Shown: positions 45,305 through 54,995 of the stretch, piece after piece
Layout: every line of letters starts with the position of its first letter
How positions within the stretch are numbered: the stretch's first letter is position 1
From: Solirubrobacteraceae bacterium
GTDB lineage: Bacteria; Actinomycetota; Thermoleophilia; Solirubrobacterales; Solirubrobacteraceae
Assembly: GCA_965198695.1 (NCBI GenBank)
Contig: CBDAPW010000002.1
Location: 37,768 to 101,767 of the forward strand
Length of the DNA: 64,000 nt
Direction of reading: 5' to 3'
The notes under the pieces: generated by a model
The model's database searches: none
What the model was told of the DNA's origin: nothing
The model's input: the letters and a program-made list of their open reading frames with translations, nothing else
Made by a program: the position numbers and the translations under genes

Positions 45305-46041
45305 ACCTCCCGGCCACATCGGGAATGTTGGCCGAGAGCGAGAGCCGCGGCACCGTGCTCGTGGTCGATGACGAGCCGACGATCACCGAGGTGGTCTCGC
45401 GCTATCTGCACCGGGCCGGCTACCGCGCCGAAACCGCCGCCGACGGCGCCCAGGCGATCGCCGCGGTCGCCAGCACGCGTCCCGACCTGGTGGTGCTCGA
45501 CCTCATGCTGCCCCGCATCGACGGGCTCGAGGTCATGCGGCGCCTGCGCGAGCAGGACCGCGGGGGCGGCGCCGGTCCCGTCCCGGTGATCCTGCTGACC
45601 GCCCGTGGGGAGGAGTCCGACCGCATCGCCGGTCTGCGCCTCGGCGCCGACGACTACGTGGTCAAGCCGTTCTCCCCGGCCGAGCTGGTCGCCCGGATCG
45701 ACACCGTCCTGCGGCGGGTCGAACGGCCCGTCGAGAGCAGCCCGCTCATCGAGATCGGCGAGATCGTGGTCGACCCGGCGGCACGTCGGGCGCTGGTCGG
45801 CGGCGTCGAGGCCCAGCTGACCGTGCGTGAGTTCGACCTGCTGCTGTTCTTCATCCAGCATCCCGGTCAGGTGTTCCGCCGCGAGCAGCTCATGGACGCC
45901 GTCTGGCAGTACTCCTTCTACACGGACACCTCCACCGTCACCGTGCACATCCGTCGGCTGCGGGCCAAGATCGAGCGCGATCCCACCCAGCCGCGTTACC
46001 TGCAGACGGTCTGGGGCGTCGGCTACCGGTTCCAGCCATGA
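45301..46041 (+). CDS. OmpR/PhoB family response regulator
   Basis: VVDDE, LDLMLP, DDYVVKPF, REFDLL, VTVHIRRLR, TVWGVGY. Confidence 0.96.
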   Translation: MNLPATSGMLAESESRGTVLVVDDEPTITEVVSRYLHRAGYRAETAADGAQAIAAVASTRPDLVVLDLMLPRIDGLEVMRRLREQDRGGGAGPVPVILLTARGEESDRIAGLRLGADDYVVKPFSPAELVARIDTVLRRVERPVESSPLIEIGEIVVDPAARRALVGGVEAQLTVREFDLLLFFIQHPGQVFRREQLMDAVWQYSFYTDTSTVTVHIRRLRAKIERDPTQPRYLQTVWGVGYRFQP

Positions 46042-47243
46042 CGCTGTGGCGCATCCTCGCCGCCGCCTGTACCGCCGCCGCCCTGGGGGTCAGCCTGGCC
46101 GTGCTCGGCTTCGACCACACTCTGGTGGTGCTCGGGGTTCTGGTGGGCATCGCCCTGGTCACGCTGGCCGGCACCGAGTGGGTGATGCGCTCGCGGCGGC
46201 GTGGGGCGGCGGCACCGATCTCGGTGCAGCTGGGGATCGCCATCACCCTGGTGGTCGGGCCGCTGCTGGTGGCGCTGCTCGTGCTCGGTCTGACCATGTT
46301 CGTGTCCGGCACCGACGCCGCACTGGTCGGGGTCATCGTCGCGCTCAGCGGCGTCCTCGGCGTGGGCGCCGCCGCCCGCATCTCCCGCGGGCTGTCGGCT
46401 GACGTCGAGGCGATCCGCGACGGCCTGATCCGGGTCGGAGAGGGTGACCGCGAGGTCCGGGTCTCGGCCTCGAGTGCCGCCGAGCTGGGGGAGCTGGCCT
46501 CACAGGCCAGCGCGATGATCGCCCGTCTCGCCCATGAGGAGGCCGCCCGCGCCGGCTCGGAGGAGGCGCGGCGCCAGCTCATCGCCCACGCCTCCCACGA
46601 CCTGCGCACCCCGGTCACCTCGCTGCGGCTGCTCGCCGCCGCGATCGACGACGAGGTGGTCGACGGGCAGCTGCGCGGCGAGTACGTCCACCGGATGCTC
46701 ACCCACATCGAGGTGCTCTCAGCGCTGATCGACGACCTGTTCGAGCTCTCGCGGATCCAGGCCGGCGACATCAGCTGGAGCCTCGAGCAGGTCGCGGTGG
46801 ATGAGCTGGTGGACGAGACGGTCGCTGCCATGCGGGTGCAGGCCGAGGCCCGCGGCGTCGCCGTCACCGCCGAGATGCCCGAGCGTCTCGCTCCGATCCG
46901 CGGTAACCCGGAGAAGCTCCAGCGGGTGCTGTTCAACCTCATCCAGAACGCCATCCGGCACTCCCCGGCCGACGGGACCGTGGTGGTGCGGGCCCAGAGC
47001 GGCGCCGAGATGATCGAGGTGGAGGTCGAGGACGGCGGCGCGGGCATCCCGGCCGCGGAGCGCGAGCTGATCTTCGACGCCTTCTACCGCGGTGGCCTCG
47101 ACACCTCCCGCTCCACCGACGGGGCCGGCCTGGGCCTGGCCGTGGCCCGGGCGATCGTCGACGCCCACGGGGGCGAGATCTGGCTGGCCGCCGGTGAGGC
47201 GACCGGCACGCGGGTGCGCTTCAGCGTCCCCATCGCCGCCTGA
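46038..47243 (+). CDS. HAMP + HisKA sensor histidine kinase
   Basis: TM helices, SHDLRTP, NLIQNAIRH, DGGAG, GAGLGL. Confidence 0.95.
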   Translation: MTLWRILAAACTAAALGVSLAVLGFDHTLVVLGVLVGIALVTLAGTEWVMRSRRRGAAAPISVQLGIAITLVVGPLLVALLVLGLTMFVSGTDAALVGVIVALSGVLGVGAAARISRGLSADVEAIRDGLIRVGEGDREVRVSASSAAELGELASQASAMIARLAHEEAARAGSEEARRQLIAHASHDLRTPVTSLRLLAAAIDDEVVDGQLRGEYVHRMLTHIEVLSALIDDLFELSRIQAGDISWSLEQVAVDELVDETVAAMRVQAEARGVAVTAEMPERLAPIRGNPEKLQRVLFNLIQNAIRHSPADGTVVVRAQSGAEMIEVEVEDGGAGIPAAERELIFDAFYRGGLDTSRSTDGAGLGLAVARAIVDAHGGEIWLAAGEATGTRVRFSVPIAA

Positions 47244-47308
47244 TCGTGTGGTGAGGCGCGCCCGGGCTGCGCGGCGCGGTGGGGCGCGCGGGTCGCAAGC
47301 ACGTTCTC

Positions 47309-47326
47309 AGCGTGCAAATGCACGCT
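47309..47326. repeat. Palindrome between convergent genes
   Basis: AGCGTGCA-AA-TGCACGCT. Confidence 0.45.
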
Positions 47327-47378
47327 CTGGGGGCATACGCCCGCACAGTTCGCGTCCGACGCCCGGCCGATGAGCGGC

Positions 47379-49316
47379 TCAGCCCCGACGCGTTGCCGGG
47401 CTCCTCAGTGTGACGTTCCGCGTGACGGTTCGAGAGCTGTGCCCGGGGGACGTCACGGTGATGTGGACGCTGACGGTCAACCGGTGGTTGCGCCTGAGGA
47501 CGGCGGCGGCGGCCTTGGAGAGCGTGAGCTTGAGCATTCGTGCCTTGTGGGCGGCGAGGGTGACCCGAGCCGTGGCGATGGTCACCGGCTTGGCGGGTGT
47601 GGAGGTCGCGCGTGCCTCGGAACGGCGAGCCGGCACGGCGTGGGCCTTCAGGCTCGGGGCGGTCGCGGTGAGGCTGACCTGGTAGGTCACGCTGTAGGCG
47701 TTCGGGTTCGCCAGCGTCAGCGCCGGGCCGCTCCCCGGAGTGACCGTGCTCGACAGCGTCAGCGGCCCGGTGGCCGGGGCGGGCTTCGCGGTCGGTGACG
47801 GTGAGGGGGTGGGCGTCGGCGACGGGGCGGGAGATGGCGCTGGTGACGGAGAAGGCGTCGGTGACGGCGAGGGCGAGGGCGAGGGCGAGGCTGTGGCGCT
47901 GACCGTGTAGGTGATCTGGACCGTCGTGCTGAGGCCATCCTGGCTGACCGCGGTGACCGCGTAGGCGAACGTGCCCGCCTTGGACGTGTTCAAGGCCCCG
48001 GCGCCCTGGGTGGCGCCGTTGCTGTCGGTGCAGGAGGCAATGCCGGGGGCTCCCGTGCTGTCGGCGCAGCTGAAGCTCGTGGGCACCGGTTGGCCGACCG
48101 CATAGGTGCCGCCATTGGCCGGCGAGGCGATCGTGGCCGTCGGTGGGGCATGGTCGGCGAAGACTGCGACCTGGTCGGAGCCGGCTTCGGGCACGGCGAG
48201 GAACTGCCCTGACGGGCTGAAGGCGAACTCACCGGGCGAGCCCCCGGGATACGCCTCCGCGACGGCGGGCTCATTCAGGCTTCCGTCGGCTCCTACGTTG
48301 AAGGCCACCAGGCTCCCGTCGCCCAGGACGGCTGCCAGCCAGCCCCGGGAACTGAATGCCACCTGGAGGACCTCCTGGGTGCTCGGATCGGCGAAGGGCG
48401 AGCCCGCCAGCGCCGAGAGGCTCCCGCCGGCTCCCACGTTGAACATGGAGATGTAGGAGGCGTCCTCACCGTTGCTGGTGTCGCGGTCCGCCACCGCGAG
48501 CAGGCTCCCGTCGGGACTGAAGGCGGCGTCGTCGGGGACCGGCTCGCCGGTCGGCGTGGCGCTGAGGAAGGCGACGTTGCCCCCGTCGCCGACTGCCAGC
48601 AGGTCGACCTGGGCGTTGCCTGCATCTGCGACCGCGGCACGAGAACCCGCGGGGTTCACGGCAATGCCGCCGATCGGGATGGCGCCGCTGGGCAGCAGCG
48701 CCGTCGCGCCCGGGGACAGACCGCCGCCGTTGACGGCGTAGCCCTCCACCGCGGTTCCGCTCTGGCCGGGCACGATCTGGGTGGACACCAACAGGGTGTT
48801 GCCGTCAGGGCTGAAGGCCAGGCTCTGGATCTGGCCGGCGTCGAGCACCGGGCCGACCTGGGTGAAGGTCCCGCCCGAACCGATCGCATACAGAGACAGG
48901 CAGCCTTCACCGCAGGACTGACCAGAGGTCGCTTGATTGGCCGCTCCGGCTACGGCGACGTAACCCCCCTGGGGGTCATAGGCGATCGCACCCGGGTAAT
49001 TCGCCAGGCCGGTCGATGCTCCGGTAAGGGTCAGCGCGCCACTGGCGTCGACGTTCATCAGCGTCAGTGACCCGCCGTAGCTACCACTCACCAGGCGATT
49101 GGCGACCACGGCGGTACGGCCATCCGGCCCCCAGCTGAAGTTGAGATCGCCCGCGTTGGCCGCCACGCCATTGGGGTCGGTGCCAAACGGCGAGCCGGGT
49201 ACCTCGGTCAGGGTCGGCGCCGGCGCACTCGTGTACGCCAGGGCGCGTCCCGGCCCCAGCCCCAGCACCAGCGCGGCCACCAGCGCCAGCGCACCCACCG
49301 TCTTGGCAATCGACAT
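47379..49316 (-). CDS. Secreted beta-propeller (lactonase-like) protein with Ig-like domain, PS/PT linker and basic C-terminal domain
   Basis: Signal peptide, repeated AFSPDG / GSPF blades, PPTATIASPANGGTY Ig domain, (SP)n linker. Confidence 0.82.
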   Translation of the reverse strand: MSIAKTVGALALVAALVLGLGPGRALAYTSAPAPTLTEVPGSPFGTDPNGVAANAGDLNFSWGPDGRTAVVANRLVSGSYGGSLTLMNVDASGALTLTGASTGLANYPGAIAYDPQGGYVAVAGAANQATSGQSCGEGCLSLYAIGSGGTFTQVGPVLDAGQIQSLAFSPDGNTLLVSTQIVPGQSGTAVEGYAVNGGGLSPGATALLPSGAIPIGGIAVNPAGSRAAVADAGNAQVDLLAVGDGGNVAFLSATPTGEPVPDDAAFSPDGSLLAVADRDTSNGEDASYISMFNVGAGGSLSALAGSPFADPSTQEVLQVAFSSRGWLAAVLGDGSLVAFNVGADGSLNEPAVAEAYPGGSPGEFAFSPSGQFLAVPEAGSDQVAVFADHAPPTATIASPANGGTYAVGQPVPTSFSCADSTGAPGIASCTDSNGATQGAGALNTSKAGTFAYAVTAVSQDGLSTTVQITYTVSATASPSPSPSPSPTPSPSPAPSPAPSPTPTPSPSPTAKPAPATGPLTLSSTVTPGSGPALTLANPNAYSVTYQVSLTATAPSLKAHAVPARRSEARATSTPAKPVTIATARVTLAAHKARMLKLTLSKAAAAVLRRNHRLTVSVHITVTSPGHSSRTVTRNVTLRSPATRRG

Positions 49317-49436
49317 CCTCACGCCCCCCGATTCACATCCGTCGCGTTCCGTTGCGTCCGCCCGTTGTGGGCGTGTTGCACGCTAGGAGCCGGGCGTTAG
49401 ATGAACGTCACATCGCGATCGGGGGGGCTTCCGGGC

Positions 49437-50315
49437 TCAGGCGAGCACGGCCGGTTTGAGCACCGTCTCGGCCCACTCACGCAAGGTCGTGGGCGTGGTG
49501 GTCTCGGGGGTACGGGCGACGAGGTTGTCCAGGCCGTCGTCCTTGGCGGCCATCATCGCGACCATGGCATCGGTGAAGGCGGGGCTGGCACCCCGGCCGA
49601 GCATCTGGCCGCGCAGGTCCTCGAGGGAGACCTGCTGGTAGCGGACCTCCCGGCCGAGCGCCTCAGAGAGGATCGCGGCCACCTCGTCGAAGGTCAGGTC
49701 CTCGGGCCCGAGCACCGGCACATCGGCGTGCCCACCCCAGCTGTGGTCTGCCAGCAGCGCCGCGCCGACGGCCGCGATGTCCGCCGTGGCGACGAAGGGC
49801 AGCTTGCGGTCCGGCGCGATGGTGCCGAAGAACATCCCCCGGTCCCGCAGGCCGCTCACGTCACGCAGCAGGTTGTCCATGAAGCCGGGATTGGCCAGCG
49901 CGCGGGTGGCCGCTCCGGTGCTCTCCAGCAGCCCGGTCATGGCGATTGACGCGCTGACCAGGCCGGCGTCGTGGGGGTAGCCGCGGCCGAGCGCCGAGAC
50001 GGCGACGACGCGCTCGACGCCGCTGGCGCGGATGGCCGCCGCGGCGGGACGGGTGAACTCGACGTAGCGGTCATAGACGCTGTCGACGTCAAAGCCCGGG
50101 GGGACGTTCCAGAACAGCGAGCTGGCCCCGGCCAAGGCCCGCGTGATGACCTCGGCGTCGCCGTGGGAGCCGGCGATCACCTCGGCCCGGGCGGTGACGT
50201 CGGGGGCCAGCTTGGACGGGTCACGGGCGATGACGCGGATCGGCTCGTCGCCGCCGATGAGTTGGGAGAGGACCTGGCTGCCGATCTGGCCGGTGGGGGT
50301 GGTGATGACGATCAT
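49437..50315 (-). CDS. NmrA/NAD(P)H-binding family protein
   Basis: TTPTGQIGS, PGFMDNL, VATADIAAV, VLGPEDLT, TTPTTL. Confidence 0.9.
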   Translation of the reverse strand: MIVITTPTGQIGSQVLSQLIGGDEPIRVIARDPSKLAPDVTARAEVIAGSHGDAEVITRALAGASSLFWNVPPGFDVDSVYDRYVEFTRPAAAAIRASGVERVVAVSALGRGYPHDAGLVSASIAMTGLLESTGAATRALANPGFMDNLLRDVSGLRDRGMFFGTIAPDRKLPFVATADIAAVGAALLADHSWGGHADVPVLGPEDLTFDEVAAILSEALGREVRYQQVSLEDLRGQMLGRGASPAFTDAMVAMMAAKDDGLDNLVARTPETTTPTTLREWAETVLKPAVLA

Positions 50316-50360
50316 GCGATGCTCCTGAGGTGGTGAGAATTGGATCAAGGGAAGAACGAG

Positions 50361-50387
50361 AAGTAGACTCTACCGTACCGTTTACTT
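50361..50387. promoter_or_regulatory. Probable TetR operator
   Basis: AAGTAGAC-N11-GTTTACTT between divergent nmrA and tetR. Confidence 0.55.
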
Positions 50388-50423
50388 TTATCCCGAATGA
50401 TGCGACGAGCCAAGGAGGTGGAG

Positions 50424-51074
50424 ATGGCGCGTCGGGGTGAGGATCTACGTGTTCACATCCTCTGGGCGGCCAAGGCGGTCTTCCTCGAGTCGGGTTTTGA
50501 GCGCGCCTCGATGGATGAGGTTGCCGCCCGGGCGGAGACCTCCAAACGGTCGCTGTACGCCCACTTCGGCTCGAAGGAGAACGTCTTCCTCGCCGTGGTG
50601 GATCTGGTGCGCGATCTCTACCTCGAGCACCTGGGGATGCCCGCCGATTACGCCGACGATCCCGCCGAGGCGATCAGCCGGTTCCTGGCCCGGGTGTGCG
50701 GGCAGGTGCTGTGGGAGTCGGTGGTCAAGACCTGCCGGCTGGCGATCTCCGAAGCCGAGCAGCTCCCCGAGGCGGCCCGCGGTTATCACGCGGTGATCAT
50801 GGGCGCCCCGGTGGCGCGGATCTCCGATTTCCTCGTCAGCCGGCTCGGCTGGGAGACCGAGCGCGCCGATGCCGCCGCCGCCCAGTTGCTCGCGGTCACC
50901 CTCTACCCCCAGCTGCTGCGCGCCCTGTTCGCCGTGGAGTCGCCGCTGCCGGACATGGCCGGGGGGGACGGCGTGCCCGAGGGGATTGACATCGCGGTGA
51001 TCCGAGGCGCGGTCGCCGAGATGCTGGCTCCGGCCGGCGCTCAGCCGCCGGTGTCGGGCTTGAGCTCCGGGTAG
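50424..51074 (+). CDS. TetR family regulator
   Basis: FLESGFERASMDEVAARAETSKRSLYAHFGSKE. ATG after AAGGAGG. Confidence 0.92.
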   Translation: MARRGEDLRVHILWAAKAVFLESGFERASMDEVAARAETSKRSLYAHFGSKENVFLAVVDLVRDLYLEHLGMPADYADDPAEAISRFLARVCGQVLWESVVKTCRLAISEAEQLPEAARGYHAVIMGAPVARISDFLVSRLGWETERADAAAAQLLAVTLYPQLLRALFAVESPLPDMAGGDGVPEGIDIAVIRGAVAEMLAPAGAQPPVSGLSSG

Positions 51075-52366
51075 GTCGTGGTGAGCGGCTGGGGGTCATC
51101 GGCGGTCCCCGGCGCCGGATAGTTGTTGACGCCCTTGAGGTTGACGATCTGAGCCGCGCCGGTGCCGACCAGGGCGTTGAGCAGCGTCTTGTCCTCATCG
51201 GGCAGGGACTGCAGCGACGCGGCCGACACCACGGGGACCAGCTGGGCCAGCACGCCGTTGGGGTCCGAGGTCTGACCCAGGGAGTCCATGTCGTAGAGGA
51301 GGCTGCCGAGGTCCTTGGCGTAGGGGCTGAGGTAGGAGACGAGCGGGCGCAGCTGGTTGACCACGCCGGCCAGGGGGCCCACCACCGCGGTGAGGCTCGG
51401 GGCGGTCTGCTTCAGCGCGGTGACCAGCCGGCTCGCCACCGGGGTGACCGCCTTGAGGCGGTTGAGGGCCGACACGGTCGCGGCCCCGGCGGCGGGCAGG
51501 TGCTTCAGCGCCGGGGTGAGCGAACCCAGCGCTGCGCCAAGGTCGTCGAGCACCGGGTCCGCGTGGGTGCCCACCTTGGCCAGGCGGTGGGTCACCGCGG
51601 TCACCGTGCTGATCGCCGGAGGCAGGGCGGCGAGGTCCCGGCGCAGGGCGCGGTCACGTGCGGCCACGGTGGTGGCGGCCTGGGTGCCCGCGGTGACGAA
51701 CGCGTGGATCTCGGTGCTGCGCTGGCCCAGGGCGCTGAGCACGCTGGCGAAGTTCGACGCGAAGGCGGCGAGCTGCTGGGACTGATCCGACAGGGCCTGG
51801 GCGACCGGGGCGGCGTTGTTCACCGTGCCCGACAGCGCGTCGAGGGTGTCATTCAGCTGCGGCCCGGTGTTGGCCAGGCCACCGCCCAGACCGGCCAACA
51901 GCTGGCGCATCTTGGCCTGGCGCGCCGGGGTGAAGGTCGACAGGATCTGGTCGAGCTGGACCGCATCCTGGGCCTGGCTGATCGGCAGCGTCCCGCCGTC
52001 GGTCACGCGGCCGGCGACCTTGTCGCCCGGGTTGAGGTCGATGTAGTTCTCGCCCACCAGGGTCTTGGTGGCGACACGCACCGTGCCGTCGCGATAGACC
52101 GGCGCGTACTTCTTGTTCAGAGAGATGCCGATCACCGCGCTGTCACCGCGATTGGAGATGCCCGAGACGGTCCCCACGTTGACGCCGGCCTCGCGCACGT
52201 TCGCGCCCGGGACGAGCTGGATGGCGTCGGGGACGACGGCGTCGAAGTTGTACTTCGCGGCGAAGTCGGTGCCCCCGGAGATGTGCAGGAGCAGGGTAAA
52301 GATGCCGGCGCAGACGATGATGAAGGCGACCAGGACGATCCCCTGGAGACGGCGACGGGCTCTCAT
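51041..52366 (-). CDS. MCE family protein (sixth, MceF position)
   Basis: N-terminal TM, LVPGANVREAGVNVGTV, KTLVGENYIDL, coiled-coil tail. ATGA overlap. Confidence 0.9.
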   Translation of the reverse strand: MRARRRLQGIVLVAFIIVCAGIFTLLLHISGGTDFAAKYNFDAVVPDAIQLVPGANVREAGVNVGTVSGISNRGDSAVIGISLNKKYAPVYRDGTVRVATKTLVGENYIDLNPGDKVAGRVTDGGTLPISQAQDAVQLDQILSTFTPARQAKMRQLLAGLGGGLANTGPQLNDTLDALSGTVNNAAPVAQALSDQSQQLAAFASNFASVLSALGQRSTEIHAFVTAGTQAATTVAARDRALRRDLAALPPAISTVTAVTHRLAKVGTHADPVLDDLGAALGSLTPALKHLPAAGAATVSALNRLKAVTPVASRLVTALKQTAPSLTAVVGPLAGVVNQLRPLVSYLSPYAKDLGSLLYDMDSLGQTSDPNGVLAQLVPVVSAASLQSLPDEDKTLLNALVGTGAAQIVNLKGVNNYPAPGTADDPQPLTTTYPELKPDTGG

Positions 52367-53655
52367 TGGCCGGAGGTGGTCGGGGCGGCCTGGTTGTCGG
52401 CACAGCCGGTCGCCGGGGCGATGGCCGGATCCGCGGTGAGGGTGTTCTGCAGCGCGCCGGTGGCGAGGATTCCGCGGGGCGAGGCGGTCTGGTTGCTCGC
52501 GTTGGTGAACTTCAGCACCGACAGGCTGTAGGCAAAGAACTTGTCGGCTTGGAGCTCGCACGGCACGACGGCGGCGGTGATCGCGTTCAGCTGCGGCACC
52601 TGGGGCTCGAGCTCGCTGAGTGAGCCGTTCAGCGCGTCGGCGGTGCCGGGCAGGTTGCGCACCAGCGGCTCCAGCGCGGTGACCGCGGGGTCAAGCGCGG
52701 TCAGCGCCGGGGAGGCGGCCTGGGCGAAGCTCTTGAGCGAACCCAGCCCGGTGGGCAGCTGCTGGGCGGTGGGCAGCAGATCCTTCAGGGCCGGTCGCAC
52801 GTCGGTCAGCGTCGTGTCGAGCTGGCTGAAGGAGCTGTGGATCTGGTCGAGGGCGCCGGGCAGCTCAGCGATCAGCTGGGACAGCGCCCCGTTCTCAGAG
52901 CCCAGCGCCGACAGGGTGCTCGATCCATGCTTGACCAGGGAGTCCAACTGGGTGTTGCGCTCGTTGAGGGCGCTGAACACCTGACCGCTGTCGTGGATGA
53001 GCGCCTTGACGAGGACCTGGCGCTGGGCCAGGGTGTCTGACAGCTGCTTCTGGGCCACCAGCAGCGGCGCCAGCTCGCCGAAGGCCGTGCGCAGCTGCTG
53101 GCCGCCGGCCGGGCTGAGTCCGGTGGCCAGCTCGTCGAGCAGTTCCTGGAGTCGCTGGCGGATCGGCTCGGAGAAGGTATCGAGCACGTCGGCGACGTTC
53201 ACCGGGGTCTGGACCTGGCTGGCCTGGAGGATCTGGGAGCTGGCGAGCACGCCGGCGCTCGCGTGACCGCGGCTGACCACATCGAGGTACATGTCCGACA
53301 GCGGGGTCGCCGGGCGCAGCTGCACCCGCGCGTCGCGGTAGAGGTGCGCGCCGTCGAGATCGGACGCGTTCATCTCGGCGCTGAGCACCGGCTCGCCGTT
53401 GACGAACTTCTCCCCGGTGATGCGGCCGACCACGATGCCGGCCCAGCGCACCTCGTCGAGCCCGGGCACGACGCCGGTGGCGTTGGAGACGGCGATCTGC
53501 GCGGTGTAGCGGCTCTCCCAGGGGAGATGGACGTTCTCCTTGGAGATGAGGATGCCGATCGCGGCGACCGCGGCGAGGATGCCGATCCCCACCAGCACCA
53601 GCGAGCCGCGGGCCCGGCGCATCTCCACCCGCATGCGGGAGCTGAGCAGGCTCAT
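52363..53655 (-). CDS. MCE family protein (fifth)
   Basis: GVVPGLDEVRWAGIVVGRI, TPLSDMYLDV. Confidence 0.9.
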   Translation of the reverse strand: MSLLSSRMRVEMRRARGSLVLVGIGILAAVAAIGILISKENVHLPWESRYTAQIAVSNATGVVPGLDEVRWAGIVVGRITGEKFVNGEPVLSAEMNASDLDGAHLYRDARVQLRPATPLSDMYLDVVSRGHASAGVLASSQILQASQVQTPVNVADVLDTFSEPIRQRLQELLDELATGLSPAGGQQLRTAFGELAPLLVAQKQLSDTLAQRQVLVKALIHDSGQVFSALNERNTQLDSLVKHGSSTLSALGSENGALSQLIAELPGALDQIHSSFSQLDTTLTDVRPALKDLLPTAQQLPTGLGSLKSFAQAASPALTALDPAVTALEPLVRNLPGTADALNGSLSELEPQVPQLNAITAAVVPCELQADKFFAYSLSVLKFTNASNQTASPRGILATGALQNTLTADPAIAPATGCADNQAAPTTSGQ

Positions 53656-54995
53656 GACGTGCCGGCTCCGAACAGCTGGCCGAGCACCGTGTTGAGGTCC
53701 GAGCACTTGAGCAGCTCCGACGGCGTCGGCGCCTTGACGAACACCGTGCAGGGCACCAGGTCGATCGAGTTGAGCTCCGGCTGGGCCGGGAAATGGATGA
53801 TGTGGCTGTGGTCGTCGTACTCGGAGGCGACCGAGTCGAAGGAGGCCAGCGTCGGCCCGATCAGCTCATACACCGGGCGGTTGAGGTCGCTGTCATCGCT
53901 GTCGAGCCAGGGCAGCAGCTGGGTGTTGAGGCGGGTCAGGGTCGGCTGCAGGCCGGTGAGCACGGTGTCACCGGGGACCGACGCAGCGGACAGGTCGTTG
54001 ATGGCGGGGCGCAGGTCGCCGAGCAGCGGCTGGACCCGGTTGAGCACGGTGCGGAGCTTGCGCACCGTCGGCTCGGTGGCCTTCGCAGCCGGGCCCAGGG
54101 CGCGGGCGCCCGGACCCAGGGCGCTGAGCAGTCGGTTCAGCGGGGGCAGGGTCGTCTCGACCTCCCGGCTCACCGCGACGGTGGCATCCAGCGCCCGCGG
54201 GGCCGTCTGCAGGGTGGCGGCGAGTGCGGGCCGTTGGTCTGACACCGCCCCCAGCGCGGCAGCGCCGCCGTGAACCAGGGACTCGAGGTCGCTGCGGTCA
54301 GCTGCCAGGGTGCCCACGGTCTGTGAGGCGCTGGAGACCATGTGGCTGAGGTCGTTGGTGGTCTCCCCGCGCAGGGCGTCGAACGCGGCCGGGGTCGGGG
54401 TCAGGGTCGGCGCGAGGTCGCCGATCACCGCGCGGAGCTGGGGCCCCGACATCGTCGAGGACAGCTGCTTGAGGTCGCTGCGGGTTGCGTCGGAGGTGCT
54501 GTGGTTGAAGACCCGGAGGATGTCGTCGAACTCGGTCTGCACCGTGGTGTGGGACAGCGCGATGGTGTTGTTCGCCAGATCCGGGGCCGAGGCGGAGCCG
54601 GGATCGAGATTGACCACAAAGTTGGCGCCCAGCAGGGTGCGGTACTGCAGGGCGGCCCTGGCGTCGGAGTGCAGGCTCAGGCTGGAGTCGGTGATGCGCA
54701 GCACGACCCGGCCGCGACGCCCGCCGTCGGCCAGGTTGACCGACTGCACCACCCCGACGTTGATGCCGTCGACGCGGACGGGGGTCTCGCCGGCCTGGAT
54801 CTGGTTGGGTTCACGGAAGTAGACGCTGACCAGCCGGCCGCCCTTGCTCATGAACGGCAGCTGCTTGGTCAGCGCGAAGTAGAAGCCGAGGGCGAGGAGC
54901 AGCGCGGTGGCGCTGCCGATCACCACGAAGCGACGGTTGCTCTGGAGGCGACGTCGCCGGGCCTGGGCCCGGCGGTTGGGTTGGGTGGTGCTCAA
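53652..54995 (-). CDS. MCE family protein (fourth)
   Basis: GETPVRVDGINVGVV, RTLLGANFVVNL. TTG start. Confidence 0.9.
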   Translation of the reverse strand: MSTTQPNRRAQARRRRLQSNRRFVVIGSATALLLALGFYFALTKQLPFMSKGGRLVSVYFREPNQIQAGETPVRVDGINVGVVQSVNLADGGRRGRVVLRITDSSLSLHSDARAALQYRTLLGANFVVNLDPGSASAPDLANNTIALSHTTVQTEFDDILRVFNHSTSDATRSDLKQLSSTMSGPQLRAVIGDLAPTLTPTPAAFDALRGETTNDLSHMVSSASQTVGTLAADRSDLESLVHGGAAALGAVSDQRPALAATLQTAPRALDATVAVSREVETTLPPLNRLLSALGPGARALGPAAKATEPTVRKLRTVLNRVQPLLGDLRPAINDLSAASVPGDTVLTGLQPTLTRLNTQLLPWLDSDDSDLNRPVYELIGPTLASFDSVASEYDDHSHIIHFPAQPELNSIDLVPCTVFVKAPTPSELLKCSDLNTVLGQLFGAGTS

